A DNA stretch of 64,000 nt from an uncultured Candidatus Saccharibacteria bacterium (lineage in GTDB: Bacteria > Patescibacteriota > WWE3 > CAZQFB01), in contig CAZQFB010000001.1 of assembly GCA_964592525.1 (NCBI GenBank), positions 279,299-343,298 of the forward strand, in the 5' to 3' direction. This document shows positions 1 to 10,791 of the stretch, piece after piece. A model generated the notes under the pieces. The model searched no databases, was not told the origin of the DNA, and worked only from the letters and a program-made list of their open reading frames with translations. The translations under genes and the position numbers were made by a program. The first letter of the stretch is position 1. Each line of letters opens with the position of its first letter.

Positions 1-127
1 AGTTAAAGGATCACGTGCGCTCAAAATGGAGGAGCTTCTCCCCTAGCCCACCCATATATTGTGCGAAGTATATTAAATGGAAATACAATAATAGTGTTAA
101 TAATTAAGGAGAAGGGAAATTAATAAA

Positions 128-883
128 ATGATAGATAGTAGTGTATTAAAACAGTGTGCTGATGAATATGTTGATTTTCGTATTGATAATCGCAAGATTA
201 CTATTCCTTATTCAATCGTAAGATCCAGGTTCCAGTTATGGAACACTTTGGGTAAGCCTACTGTAGAACAAATAAAAAACAACCTAAATATAGTCGCACA
301 ACGGGAGGGGGCGGTTTTGGAGTTGATGTCAGCGCAGGAAATTACTGGCTTTATGAAAAAACATAAGCTTGGTATTGAGTGTTCGGGGTATGCCTATCAC
401 CTGTTGGATAAAGCTTTACAAAAAAGCTTATCAGCCTTAAAAGAGAAACAGCAGAAAAGGGCTCTTAAGCACTGCTTTTATCGTCAGGGCCTAACAGGTT
501 TGTGGGATCGTCTGTTTTATCTAGTTAATCCTGTCAGAAGAGTTTCGGCAGATAAAATGACAAATGATGACTTCACCTCGCCAATATCTAGAGTGAAAGA
601 TGTAAGACCAGGGGATCTTATCAGGCTGACTCCTGAAAAATGGCGGGGTAAGCATGTGGCAGTTGTGATTGCGGTGAATGATAGTAATATTATCTATACA
701 CACTCCAGTCGCTATACAGAACAAGAAGGACCACATTACGCGCAGATTATGATTAAAGATAAAGAAAAAGGGATCGGCGCTCAAGATTGGCAAGAACTGA
801 CCAAGGATGGTAGTAATTATGGAGAAGTGGCTTGTCTTAGTGAAAATGGTGATGGGGTGAGGAGACTTAAATGTCTTTCTTAA
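128..883 (+). CDS. NlpC/P60-like (papain-fold) cell-wall peptidase, putative
   Basis: GIECSG resembles the NlpC/P60 catalytic Cys motif (GxDCSG), followed by RPGDLI...KHVAVV (His); overlaps the mraY start. Confidence 0.55.
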   Translation: MIDSSVLKQCADEYVDFRIDNRKITIPYSIVRSRFQLWNTLGKPTVEQIKNNLNIVAQREGAVLELMSAQEITGFMKKHKLGIECSGYAYHLLDKALQKSLSALKEKQQKRALKHCFYRQGLTGLWDRLFYLVNPVRRVSADKMTNDDFTSPISRVKDVRPGDLIRLTPEKWRGKHVAVVIAVNDSNIIYTHSSRYTEQEGPHYAQIMIKDKEKGIGAQDWQELTKDGSNYGEVACLSENGDGVRRLKCLS

Positions 884-1863
884 GTAGTACTTTATTATTA
901 ATTATTATTTCGGCAGTTGTCACTGGTGCTTGGGCTCCTTGGCTCATAGATAAGTTATACGGGGCTGGTTTAAGGCGTAAGTTGGAGAAACACAAACCAA
1001 TTTTTAGGTATCTACAAAAAGAGAAAACCGGAGTACCGTCTATGGGAGGGTTGTTGGTCATTGTGTCTGTGAGTGTGTTGACCTTGCTATACGGGCTATT
1101 GATAGTGCCCCTTACTCCCTCTATTTGGGTTCTTCTTATTACTATGTGGTTATTTGCTTTTTTAGGTGGGATAGACGATATGAAGAAGCTTTGGTTTGTG
1201 GTGGCTAACTTTTGGGGTTTGAGACGTAGGCATATCCTGCTTGTCCAATTTACTTTGGCATTGGGGCTTGGTTACCTACTTTATACCTGGCTTGGTTTGA
1301 GCACTATTACCATCCCCGTATCAGGCACACCTCTAGAGCTTAACAATCTTTATATACTATATGCGGCAATCTTGATAGTAGCTACCAGTAATTCTTTTAA
1401 TATCACTGATGGCATTGATGGGTTATCAGCGGGTCTGTTGATAATAGCTTTATTGGCGATGTTGATTATTTCAATTTCCTTTGGTTTTGTTGATCTGACT
1501 TGGTTTAGTGCTATTTGGGTTGGGTCTCTTTTGGTGTATCTCTATTTTAATATTACCCCAGCCCGTTTTATGATGGGGGATATTGGGGCGCAGCCTTTTG
1601 GGGCGATGTTGGCCACCTTGTCCCTAATCATGGACCAATCTTTAGTGATGCTTGTGCTTGGGGGGATGTTTTTTGTGGAATCTGGTTCCTCTTTTGCGCA
1701 AATTGTGTCCCGTAATATCCGCAATGGTAAAAAGATCCTCACTATTGCTCCTTTGCACTACCATTTTCAGGTGAAAAGATGGAGTGAAGGTAAAATATGT
1801 ATGCGCTTTTGGTTAGCTGGGGTCTTTTTCGCTTTGTGCGGTTTAATGTTAGCTTTTTGGTAG
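871..1863 (+). CDS. mraY: Phospho-N-acetylmuramoyl-pentapeptide transferase
   Basis: KTGVPSMGG, GGIDD, NITDGIDGL, FMMGDIG and APLHYHF motifs; multiple TM segments. Confidence 0.93.
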   Translation: MSFLSSTLLLIIISAVVTGAWAPWLIDKLYGAGLRRKLEKHKPIFRYLQKEKTGVPSMGGLLVIVSVSVLTLLYGLLIVPLTPSIWVLLITMWLFAFLGGIDDMKKLWFVVANFWGLRRRHILLVQFTLALGLGYLLYTWLGLSTITIPVSGTPLELNNLYILYAAILIVATSNSFNITDGIDGLSAGLLIIALLAMLIISISFGFVDLTWFSAIWVGSLLVYLYFNITPARFMMGDIGAQPFGAMLATLSLIMDQSLVMLVLGGMFFVESGSSFAQIVSRNIRNGKKILTIAPLHYHFQVKRWSEGKICMRFWLAGVFFALCGLMLAFW

Positions 1864-1982
1864 GGTTTTTAATTTATCAAAAAACATCTTCTTGTTGATA
1901 AGTGTCGCTAATTACTCATTCACTAGAGCGGAAACTCATGGAAATTGTCTGTCAGTAGTGGTTGTGTGAAGCACTCACCTAG

Positions 1983-2591
1983 CTATTCACTTGATATCAT
2001 TGTGCTAAGCATAGAATTGATTTCAGGTATTAATTCAGGGCTAAGGATTTTAGCTGAAATATAAGGAGCGTCTTCATAACCATAGGCTCTAAATTGAAAT
2101 ATATACTTATTAACCCCACTTTGCCGATTACGCGATACAAAAATGGGCGTGGTATAGGCATTGTTACCTATTCTGACCTCGAAGGTCCCATAATCAACAC
2201 AAGGAGGTTCACCACCACAAATATCAATCTCGCCACTTAAAGCATAGGGACTGCCGATGAATAAGGCTGACTCGTTATCGTCTTTGAAAGTAAATACTTT
2301 GGTAGTTTGCCCGGCGATACTTTTCTGGGTACTTTTCCAATTTTCACGCTTGGCTTGTTCATTAATCACTAACTTTGGTTGGGTCTTTGTAGCGGGAGTT
2401 TCCTGGGGGGAGTCTTCAGACCACCAAGTTAACTGCTGTTTTTCGTTTAAAGCTAAACCCACTAAAATGATGGTAAAAGTTGAAAACAAAGCAATGCCTA
2501 AACTGGCTTGGAGCTTAACTTTACTTTGGGGTGAAATAACAACTTTTTGGCGTTTACCTTTTTTAGCAATTTTCTTTTTAGGGGCAGGCAT
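1983..2591 (-). CDS. Hypothetical protein with basic N-terminus and a single TM anchor
   Basis: 202-aa ORF; Lys-rich start, then a hydrophobic helix. Confidence 0.6.
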   Translation of the reverse strand: MPAPKKKIAKKGKRQKVVISPQSKVKLQASLGIALFSTFTIILVGLALNEKQQLTWWSEDSPQETPATKTQPKLVINEQAKRENWKSTQKSIAGQTTKVFTFKDDNESALFIGSPYALSGEIDICGGEPPCVDYGTFEVRIGNNAYTTPIFVSRNRQSGVNKYIFQFRAYGYEDAPYISAKILSPELIPEINSMLSTMISSE

Positions 2592-2688
2592 AGCTTAATT
2601 ATCAATTATCCGTGAGTAATTTTCAAGTGAGCAGTATCGGTTATAGCTACAAGTTTAAAAGACAGCGGGATCTAAATTTGTTAAAGCC

Positions 2689-2907
2689 CTATTTAGCTTC
2701 TTCAAGCATTTCAAACTGCAATGGCACTTCACTAACCACTTCTAGTTCTGCGGCACAGTGGTTACAAATAACCGTACTGCCAACAGTTTGGGGCAGAGCT
2801 TGACCATCATCCGTAGTCATGACCACAAGATTATGACAGGCTGGGCAAAGACCTTCTACTGATTGAATCTTGTCTTTTTGTGGGTTATTAAAAAATCTTT
2901 CTAGCAT
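2689..2907 (-). CDS. LysW-like small zinc-ribbon (amino-group carrier-like) protein
   Basis: CPAC...VGSTVICNHCAAELEVVSEVPL matches the LysW pattern; ends in EEAK rather than EDWGE; SD AAGGAA upstream. Confidence 0.7.
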   Translation of the reverse strand: MLERFFNNPQKDKIQSVEGLCPACHNLVVMTTDDGQALPQTVGSTVICNHCAAELEVVSEVPLQFEMLEEAK

Positions 2908-2955
2908 TTATTGTTCCTTTCTGGTGCTATACTTAAGCCACTTTAACCATACACC

Positions 2956-3915
2956 ATGGCAGAGTTTACAGCAACAATTGATCCGTCCCAAAAATTTATC
3001 TGGCGCTATTCGGCTTTGTATCCCGAGAAAGTTCCCACGCTAAAGTACCATCTGTCTTCTGATCTAACCCCGCTCATTAATATTGATGACCTTTGGTTTA
3101 AAAGAGAGGATACTTTGCTTGTAGGTTCGGTTAAGGAGAGGGGAATTGCCTATCAGCTTGCTGATGCGGCGACGCTTGGCGAAAAAGAGTTGGTGATCTC
3201 TTCTTCTGGTAATGCTGCCTTGGCTGCTGCTGCCTATTGTGATTTATATAATATTAAACTCACCGTTTTTATTTCTGCGCAGACGATGCCACAAAAAAAA
3301 GAATCCCTTCTCGCCTCTGCAGCAAAAGTTATTATCACTCCTAAGCCATTGGCACATTCTCTTCGGTATGCGCAGGAAAATAAAATTAGACATTTAAGAC
3401 AATCTAGAGATGAGAAAGCAGTTTGGGGATGTATGTCACTTGGTTTTGAGCTTTTTGAGCAACTGGGTCAAAAATTAACGCAAGCAGACATTTTCCTTCC
3501 AGTTAGTAGTGCAACAACTTTAGTTGGTCTTGGTCGGGCGTTACAACTATTGGTGCAGCACTCTTTTATGGCGCAACTGCCTCGTTTACATGCTACTCAA
3601 ACTGTGGCTATTAATCCTATAGCGAGAGCGTTTGTGGCTATTCCAAACCAACCAACCTCGGGGTTGGGTTTAGCGTCGGCATTATGTGCTCCCCAAACAC
3701 CTAGAAAGAATGAGGCTGTTTCTTTAATAAAACAGAGTCAGGGTAATGGTTGGATAATCACCGAAGCAGAAATAGCGCAAACCCAACAGTATCTAATCGC
3801 CAACGATTTAAATACTTCGGCGGAAGGAGCGGTGGCTTGTGCGGCAGCGTTGAAGCAAGTTTATCCTTTACCGATTGTTGTTTTAACGGGCAAAAATTAT
3901 GCAAAAAATAACTGA
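2956..3915 (+). CDS. PLP-dependent fold-type II enzyme (threonine synthase-like)
   Basis: FKRED...GSVKERG (PLP Lys), SSSGNAA, LPVSSAT and VVLTG motifs. Confidence 0.82.
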   Translation: MAEFTATIDPSQKFIWRYSALYPEKVPTLKYHLSSDLTPLINIDDLWFKREDTLLVGSVKERGIAYQLADAATLGEKELVISSSGNAALAAAAYCDLYNIKLTVFISAQTMPQKKESLLASAAKVIITPKPLAHSLRYAQENKIRHLRQSRDEKAVWGCMSLGFELFEQLGQKLTQADIFLPVSSATTLVGLGRALQLLVQHSFMAQLPRLHATQTVAINPIARAFVAIPNQPTSGLGLASALCAPQTPRKNEAVSLIKQSQGNGWIITEAEIAQTQQYLIANDLNTSAEGAVACAAALKQVYPLPIVVLTGKNYAKNN

Positions 3916-5149
3916 AACCATCTTTTTTATTACCCCCGACCCTCAATATGCTTTAGGGCTTTCGCTGCTGTGTGAAAATTTACATGTGATTTGTAATGCC
4001 AACAGCGCTGTCACTACCCAACTTAAGGCTGCTGGGGTGGGTGTTTTTATTTCTCCCCACTATAAAAAAAGCGCGCGACATTTACTTAGTGATGAGTTGG
4101 TTCTAAACTATATTTCAGCAGCTACGGTTGATGTGGCCCACCTTTTGTTTTTCAAGCTTAATTTTGATGTGACCTCTCTGTTGCATCGTCTACAACCAAA
4201 GTTTAAATGGCGTTTACTTAATGCCCCTTGCTCTATCACCACTAATTTAGAAAATAAAATTTGGCTGACCCAGTGGGCGCCTGCGGCTTTGTTGCTGCCT
4301 TGCGAAGTGGCTCTGTTTAAAGATTTAGCGCTGGATAAGCTACTTGCTTTATGGGGTGGGGTAGTGTTGCAGTTTCCAACAGGTAATGCTGGGCGAAACA
4401 CCTTTTTTATTAGGGATAAGGATGATTTTCTCAAGGTTATACCTCCAGGATTGCCTAAAACAACTATCGTGAAAGGCACCCCGTGGCTTCAGGGGTTGTC
4501 TGTGACTATCAATGGATGTGTGCTTAATGATGCTGTGCTGCTTAGTGAGCCCTTTATTCAACTGACTGGGATTCCAGCGCTAACTCCTTATCAAGGAGGT
4601 ACTTGTGGTAGTGTGTGGCAGTCTTTGCTAGCTCGAGAGGAAATATTACACGCCGCTAAAATAACCGCAGAGAATTTAAGGCAGCAGCGTTTTCGGGGTT
4701 TTTTTGGTCTTGATTTTATACAAACCAGGGCTGGTCTGATCTATTTATTAGAATGTAATCCGCGTTTGACGACTACGGTGTCTATCTTTAGCCAACTGGA
4801 ACTTCTAGCCAATTCTGTGCCCTTGTTTTATTTTCATTTGGGGCAGTTTTTAGGCAAAGAAATGTCAGTGAAAGGTTATCAGGCTCCTTTATTAAAGGGA
4901 TCACAACTAGTGGTTAGGAATACTAAGCTTAGTCCGGTGCGCGTTATCAAAGCGCAACCAGTCTCCAACCCAGTACTGCTTATGGATGCTGCCGAGGTTA
5001 AGATAGAGAGAGGTTTTCCAGAAATAGCTCCCGGTACAGAAATGTTTCGCTGGCAAAGTCGAGAACCCTATGAATATGTTAACCCTGATTATACGCTGCA
5101 AGGAAAGACGAAAACTCGGTTGTTAGAGGAGTTAGAAAAATATCAATGA
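3899..5149 (+). CDS. ATP-grasp domain ligase of unknown specificity
   Basis: GNAGRNTF loop, GFFGLDF and LLECNPR (ExNxR) motifs; overlaps both neighbours. Confidence 0.78.
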   Translation: MQKITETIFFITPDPQYALGLSLLCENLHVICNANSAVTTQLKAAGVGVFISPHYKKSARHLLSDELVLNYISAATVDVAHLLFFKLNFDVTSLLHRLQPKFKWRLLNAPCSITTNLENKIWLTQWAPAALLLPCEVALFKDLALDKLLALWGGVVLQFPTGNAGRNTFFIRDKDDFLKVIPPGLPKTTIVKGTPWLQGLSVTINGCVLNDAVLLSEPFIQLTGIPALTPYQGGTCGSVWQSLLAREEILHAAKITAENLRQQRFRGFFGLDFIQTRAGLIYLLECNPRLTTTVSIFSQLELLANSVPLFYFHLGQFLGKEMSVKGYQAPLLKGSQLVVRNTKLSPVRVIKAQPVSNPVLLMDAAEVKIERGFPEIAPGTEMFRWQSREPYEYVNPDYTLQGKTKTRLLEELEKYQ

Positions 5150-6282
5150 AACGTTATTCTTCCCAAGAACCTGCCCTAAAACCAGATTTACTCCTGCTTG
5201 GTACGCTGATTATATTGTTACTGGTTGGTATTGTGATGGTTTATGATGCGACGGTGGTATACTCTTTTAATGAGTTTGGGGGTAAGTTTCACTTTCTGTT
5301 GTTGCAGAGTGGTTGGGTTACTGTTGGGTTGGTGGCCATGTTTATGGCGTACCTTTTTGACTATCACTTGTACCCTAAATTTGCGCTTCCTTTGATGCTT
5401 GGTACTTTGTTTTTGCTGTTATTAGTTTTTGTGCCTGGTTTGGGTGTTGAGCTTAAGGGTGCCCATAGATGGATTGGTCTTGGTTCAATTACCGTACAAC
5501 CTGGTGAAATCGCCAAATTATCGTTAGTTATTTATCTTGCTTCTTGGTTATCAGCTGACCGTATCCAGAAGAAAAATTTAATGCCCCAGACTTCCCACCA
5601 GATCACTGCTTTCCTAGCGTTAATGTCTTTGTTGATGTTTCTTATATTAAAGCAACCCAATTTTTCTATGGCAGTTATTTTAGGCGGTATCGGTGTGATT
5701 ATGTATTTTATTTCTGGGGCTCCTAAAAATCACATTGTGGCACTATTCGGCGTTTTTACTATTGTCGGTTTGCTCTTTATTATCACCTCGTCCTATCGCA
5801 TGGACAGATTAATTACTTATTTAAAACCAGGTGAGGTTGATCTTTTAGATTCTGGTTATCATATTTCTCAAGTAAAAATAGCGCTGGGTTCTGGAGGTAT
5901 CTTTGGTAAAGGACTCGGGCAATCAAGGCAAAAGTATGAGTATTTACCTGAAGTTCATGCTGATTCTATTTTTGCTATCGTTGGTGAGGAATTGGGTTTT
6001 ATGGGTACAACATTATTAATTGCCGCGTTTGTGTTTTTTATTATTAGAGGCTTATTAATTTCGGCGCGCGCTCCAGATATGCTTGGTAAACTTTTGGCGG
6101 TGGGGATTACTTCTTGGTTTATGTTACAAATATTTGTTAATCTGTCAGCGATGGTTGGGCTAGTGCCATTAACAGGCGTGACCTTACCTTTTATAAGTTG
6201 CGGTGGTTCTGCTACCGTAGTGACCTTGACCGCTACTGGTGTATTACTCAATGTATCAAGATATTCATGGACAGTAAGCTAA
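5146..6282 (+). CDS. ftsW: SEDS peptidoglycan glycosyltransferase FtsW
   Basis: GAHRWI, QPGEIAK, GKGLGQSRQK, LPEVHADSIF and GVTLPFIS motifs; precedes murG. Confidence 0.93.
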   Translation: MKRYSSQEPALKPDLLLLGTLIILLLVGIVMVYDATVVYSFNEFGGKFHFLLLQSGWVTVGLVAMFMAYLFDYHLYPKFALPLMLGTLFLLLLVFVPGLGVELKGAHRWIGLGSITVQPGEIAKLSLVIYLASWLSADRIQKKNLMPQTSHQITAFLALMSLLMFLILKQPNFSMAVILGGIGVIMYFISGAPKNHIVALFGVFTIVGLLFIITSSYRMDRLITYLKPGEVDLLDSGYHISQVKIALGSGGIFGKGLGQSRQKYEYLPEVHADSIFAIVGEELGFMGTTLLIAAFVFFIIRGLLISARAPDMLGKLLAVGITSWFMLQIFVNLSAMVGLVPLTGVTLPFISCGGSATVVTLTATGVLLNVSRYSWTVS

Positions 6283-7421
6283 TTGTCATTACCGGAGGTC
6301 ATCATACGCCAGCCTTTGCGGTGGTGGCTGAAATAACTAAGCACTACCCCGATATCCAAGTTCTTTGGTTAGGGCATAAATACTCTCTGCAAGGCGCCAA
6401 AAAAGTGAGTGCTGAATATCTGGAAGTTCTTGCGCGGGGTTATCTTTTTGTCAATCTTCGCGCCGGCAAATTTTTCCGAGTCTTTAATCCCTTCCGTTTA
6501 TTACTTATTCCGGCGGGTTTCTGCCACTCCCTGTACTTGTTGCTTAAATACCGACCCTGTTTGGTTATTTCTTTCGGGGGTTATTTAGCGGTGCCGGTGG
6601 TAGTGGCGGCGTGGCTTCTTCGTCTGCCCATCGTGACACATGAACAAACGACCACGATAGGTATAGCTAATAGGGTAGTGTCTCGTTTTAGCCAAATAAC
6701 CTTTTTGGCTTGGAGAGAATCACAGAAATATTTGGGTAAAAAAAATGGGGTGGTGGTTGGTAATCCGGTCCGCGAACAAATATTTATTAGTACCACCACA
6801 CTTAAGCAGCAATTTACTAGTGGTTTTCAAGCAGGATTACCAATAGTGTATATCACTGGTGGCAAACAAGGTTCCCATAAAATTAATTTGGCGGTGGCAG
6901 AATGCTTGAGCGAACTGGTTACTCGTTACAACGTGTTACATCAATGTGGAAATTATGATAAGTATGCTGACTTTGCCTCTTTAAGCAAACGTCGTCAAGA
7001 GCTTCCAACACAACTTAGACAGAGATATTACCTACAGGAATATTTTCCCGAAGAACAAATTGGGACGGTTTATTCCCTAGCCGAGATAGTTGTTTCTCGA
7101 GCAGGTGCTAATACTGTGTATGAGTTAGCGTTATTAGGTAAGGTGGCTCTTTTTATTCCTTTACCGTATGTGCCTAATAATGAACAGTATCAAAATGCGC
7201 TGGTTCTCAAAACGTTAGGAAGCGCTCACATTCTAGATAATCAGGATTTATCGGGTCGTCAATTATTATTATCTTTAAGAGAGTTAGAACGTGATTACCC
7301 AATGATGAAACAACAAGCAGACAAGCATATTGGCGAATTTAAACGTGATAGTGCTGCCCAAATAGTACAAGAATTGGCGCATAAATTTCCGAAGGTGTTC
7401 CCCAGTGAAAATAATGCATAA
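6267..7421 (+). CDS. murG: Lipid II GlcNAc transferase MurG (start moved to ATG 6267)
   Basis: TGGHHTP, SFGGYLAVP, HEQT, GNPVR, GGKQGS, SRAGA and EQYQNA motifs. Confidence 0.93.
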   Translation: MDSKLIVITGGHHTPAFAVVAEITKHYPDIQVLWLGHKYSLQGAKKVSAEYLEVLARGYLFVNLRAGKFFRVFNPFRLLLIPAGFCHSLYLLLKYRPCLVISFGGYLAVPVVVAAWLLRLPIVTHEQTTTIGIANRVVSRFSQITFLAWRESQKYLGKKNGVVVGNPVREQIFISTTTLKQQFTSGFQAGLPIVYITGGKQGSHKINLAVAECLSELVTRYNVLHQCGNYDKYADFASLSKRRQELPTQLRQRYYLQEYFPEEQIGTVYSLAEIVVSRAGANTVYELALLGKVALFIPLPYVPNNEQYQNALVLKTLGSAHILDNQDLSGRQLLLSLRELERDYPMMKQQADKHIGEFKRDSAAQIVQELAHKFPKVFPSENNA

Positions 7422-8229
7422 GCTAATAAAATACTTTGCTTGGAAGACTAATCAGTGGCGTCGGCGATTGTTCTTCCGTTTTTCAACAAAACCAAGCGCC
7501 TTAACAGATCATTATCACCCCAGTTTAATTACGCGCCTCCGGCGCTTTCAGAATATAAAAGCGGTAATTTTGTTAAGCCTTTTATTTTTAGGGGGTTACA
7601 TGTTAAATCAATTATTAGTGATCAACTCTATTGATTTGCAGGTTACTAATCCCGAAAAAATTCGGGTTGCACAGCTGCACAGTGAATTAAATCAGACTTA
7701 TTATGGTAAACCGCTATGGTTAATTGATCCCCAAACAATTAGTCGGGTGATTGGGCAAAATCATCCGCAAGTCTTGGGTGTGCGTGTGAGTAGTCAATAT
7801 CCTAACAAAGTAATCATTGCTGTTTCGGGGCGAAGTCCAATCTTACAATTAAAGGTGCTTGATAGTGAGGCAACGTTTTTAGTTGATGTTCAAGGATTGG
7901 TTTTAGCCCAAGAACAGCAGACCAACTTACCTGCTGTTAGTGTTTTGGGTGTGTTGCAGGTTGGTCAAATCATCAAGAATGAAGAGCTTTTATTTTTGCT
8001 TGGCTTACTGGACCAATTAAAAGGCACCTATGTTTTAGGAGAAATCACTTTTATTTCACCAACCAGTCTGCGTATGCAAGTGGACGGGATAAGTGTTTTA
8101 TATACCACTACTTTAAGTGCTGATTTGCAATGTCAACGCTTAAAAACCGTTCTTGAACATTACCACTTGAGAAATGTTACACTGAACACTATAGATTTGC
8201 GGTTCAACCGTCCTGTAGTATCTTTCTAG
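7405..8229 (+). CDS. ftsQ: Cell division protein FtsQ/DivIB
   Basis: Single TM, POTRA-like region, C-terminal IDLRF; lies between murG and ftsA. Confidence 0.75.
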   Translation: MKIMHKLIKYFAWKTNQWRRRLFFRFSTKPSALTDHYHPSLITRLRRFQNIKAVILLSLLFLGGYMLNQLLVINSIDLQVTNPEKIRVAQLHSELNQTYYGKPLWLIDPQTISRVIGQNHPQVLGVRVSSQYPNKVIIAVSGRSPILQLKVLDSEATFLVDVQGLVLAQEQQTNLPAVSVLGVLQVGQIIKNEELLFLLGLLDQLKGTYVLGEITFISPTSLRMQVDGISVLYTTTLSADLQCQRLKTVLEHYHLRNVTLNTIDLRFNRPVVSF

Positions 8230-8278
8230 CCTGATGGAGTCGTTGCTGCTAAGATAGTGGGGTGCTAAACTAACAATA

Positions 8279-9565
8279 ATGTCAAGAGAAAGAATTATAA
8301 CTGGTATTGATATAGGCTCTTCCAAGATTACTACGGTTATAGCTAGTCAGGGAGAAGAAAAAAGGCTATCAGTGATTGGCGTAAGTACGGTCCCCTCAAG
8401 AGGTATAAAAAAGGGTGTCGTGGTAGATATTGATGATGCTGTGGAGTCTATTGCTAGTTGTTTAGAAGGGGCGGAACGAATGGCCGGTTATGCCGTTAGC
8501 AGCGCTTTTGTCAGTCTTGACGGTAATCATATTGCCTCGCAAAATTCACATGGGGTGGTTGCAGTTCATGATCAAGAAGGAGAAATTACCCCCAATGATG
8601 TCAGTAGAGTGACAGAAGCAGCTCGTGCTATTTCCCTTCCGGAGAGTCGAGAAATATTACACGTTATTCCACGAGGCTTTATCGTTGATTCTCAAGAAGG
8701 GGTTAAAGATCCAGTAGGTATGAGTGGTATTAGGTTGGAAGTTGAAACCAATATTATTTCCGGGGCATCGGCGGTCATGCGTAATCTAGCTAAATGTGTG
8801 CAACAAGTGGCAGTTGATGTGGATAGTTTTGTCTATGCGGGTATCGCATCAGCCGAGGCAACGCTATCGGACACCGAAAAAGAACTTGGTTGTGCTTTAG
8901 TTGATATTGGTGGGGGTACCACCAAAATTGTGGTTTATGTTGCTGGTTCACCGGCTTACTCGGCAGTGATACCCGTTGGTGGTCAAAACATTACTAATGA
9001 TATTGCCATTGGTCTGCGGACCAATCTAGAAGCTGCTGAAAAAATAAAAATCCGCTTGAGCGAGCTGAAGGAATATACTTATTTAGAAGAAGAGGAAGAT
9101 AGGGAAAATGATAATCCCAAAGCGGCACGCAAAAGTAGAACCCGCCAAATTGATCTAAGAGAATTGGGTTTAGATTTGGCAGCCATACCCGAATCTATTT
9201 TTTATGAAGTAATTAATCCCAGGTTAGCAGAAATATTTAAATTAGTTGGTACGGAATTGCGAAAAAGTGGCTATAGCAAAATGCTCCCATCTGGTATTAT
9301 AGTAACTGGTGGCACTGCTGAAACAGTTGGTTTAGAAGATATGGCTAAAGTAACACTACAGATGCCCTTTCGTGTTGGTAGACCAAGTGGGTTCCATGGC
9401 TTGGTAGATGAAATTCAAGGACCAGCTTTTGCGACGGTGTCTGGGTTAATTTTATACAGTGCTAATGAAATTTCCTCGCCCCGCTCTTTTGGACGGGTTT
9501 CCACTGGCGGCGCTTCAGAGTTAATGAAGAAAGCCACTGGTTGGTTTAAGTCCTTTATGCCCTAG
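8279..9565 (+). CDS. ftsA: Cell division protein FtsA
   Basis: [17 protein letters not shown] and VTGGTA motifs; C-terminal amphipathic WFKSF. Confidence 0.97.
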   Translation: MSRERIITGIDIGSSKITTVIASQGEEKRLSVIGVSTVPSRGIKKGVVVDIDDAVESIASCLEGAERMAGYAVSSAFVSLDGNHIASQNSHGVVAVHDQEGEITPNDVSRVTEAARAISLPESREILHVIPRGFIVDSQEGVKDPVGMSGIRLEVETNIISGASAVMRNLAKCVQQVAVDVDSFVYAGIASAEATLSDTEKELGCALVDIGGGTTKIVVYVAGSPAYSAVIPVGGQNITNDIAIGLRTNLEAAEKIKIRLSELKEYTYLEEEEDRENDNPKAARKSRTRQIDLRELGLDLAAIPESIFYEVINPRLAEIFKLVGTELRKSGYSKMLPSGIIVTGGTAETVGLEDMAKVTLQMPFRVGRPSGFHGLVDEIQGPAFATVSGLILYSANEISSPRSFGRVSTGGASELMKKATGWFKSFMP

Positions 9566-9612
9566 AGTGTTCGTGTTATTATTTTCAGAAATCTGCCCAT
9601 GAGGCAATAATT

Positions 9613-10743
9613 ATGTTAATTAAACCTGAAATTGAGAAGGTAGCTAATATCCGGGTGGTGGGTTTAGGTGGTGGTGGTGGTAATGCCATAAATTATATGG
9701 TTGATCAAAGGCAAATCCAGGGGGTGGAGTTTATGGCCATCAATACTGATTCGCAGGCTTTAGCGGCTAATAAAGCGCAAACTAAAATACAAATTGGTCG
9801 AGAATTAACGCGTGGGTTAGGCGCTGGGGCTAATCCAGAAGTGGGTTTGAAAGCAGCCGAAGAAAGTGCTGATCAGCTTCATGATTATCTGCAGGGCAGC
9901 GATATGGTCTTTATTGCGGCGGGTATGGGTGGTGGTACGGGTACTGGTGCTGCTCCCATTGTTTCTGCGATTGCCAAAGGTTTGGGGGCTCTAACGGTTG
10001 GCGTAGTCACTAAACCTTTCCATTTTGAAGGCGCGCGGAGAATGGAGAATGCCGAGATGGGCATTGAAGAATTAAGGGATAAAGTAGACGCCTTAATTAC
10101 CATACCAAACCAAAAGTTGTTAGAAGTGGTGGAAAGAAAAGTGTCTATGTTGGAAGCCTTTAGTGTTGCTGATAGTGTTTTGGCCCATGCTGTGCAGGGT
10201 ATTTCTGATTTGATTGTCTTACCTGGTTTGGTCAATGTTGATTTTGCGGATGTGAGAACCGTGATGACCGATGCGGGCTCCGCTTTAATGGGCATGGGGG
10301 TTGGTCAAGGTGAAAATCGCGCGACGATTGCCGCTAAGCAGGCCATTTCTTCCCCGCTACTAGATATTTCGGTCAAAGGCGCTAAGGGTATTTTGTTTAA
10401 TGTCGTTGGTGGTGATGATTTGGGCATGCACGAGATTGATGAAGCAGCTAAGGTGGTCGCTGATGCCGCTGACCCTGATGCCGAGATTATTTTTGGTGCC
10501 GCTTTAGATGAGAACATGTCAGATCAGATAAAAATTACCGTCATTGCGACTGGTTTTGAAGAACATAGTTCTCTCTCCACGGGTCTTAGTGGCGTGATCA
10601 TAAGTCAAAAACCGTCCATACTTAAAGCAGAAAACATAGCCTTAAAAAAGGAAGCCAGTGAGAGTGCAAAAGAAGAAGACTCCTTTGACTTGCCGGATGA
10701 TAATGAATCTGAACTTGATATTCCCGCTTTTTTAAGACGCTAA
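9613..10743 (+). CDS. ftsZ: Cell division GTPase FtsZ
   Basis: [16 protein letters not shown] and C-terminal LDIPAFLRR motifs. Confidence 0.99.
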   Translation: MLIKPEIEKVANIRVVGLGGGGGNAINYMVDQRQIQGVEFMAINTDSQALAANKAQTKIQIGRELTRGLGAGANPEVGLKAAEESADQLHDYLQGSDMVFIAAGMGGGTGTGAAPIVSAIAKGLGALTVGVVTKPFHFEGARRMENAEMGIEELRDKVDALITIPNQKLLEVVERKVSMLEAFSVADSVLAHAVQGISDLIVLPGLVNVDFADVRTVMTDAGSALMGMGVGQGENRATIAAKQAISSPLLDISVKGAKGILFNVVGGDDLGMHEIDEAAKVVADAADPDAEIIFGAALDENMSDQIKITVIATGFEEHSSLSTGLSGVIISQKPSILKAENIALKKEASESAKEEDSFDLPDDNESELDIPAFLRR

Positions 10744-10791
10744 GTAAAGAACCCCTCAAGCTGTAAGCTATATTGGGGTTCATGATTGCTC

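Noticed and set aside
2689-5149. Canonical lysine (LysWXZYJK) or threonine biosynthesis operon
   Set aside because: The carrier lacks the terminal EDWGE, and no kinase, reductase, aminotransferase or homoserine genes are adjacent
9885-10517. Antisense ORFs over ftsZ (and likewise over clpB 30848-31480, htpX 36827-37276, PT protein 29124-30265)
   Set aside because: Shadow frames of well-supported genes; no motifs of their own
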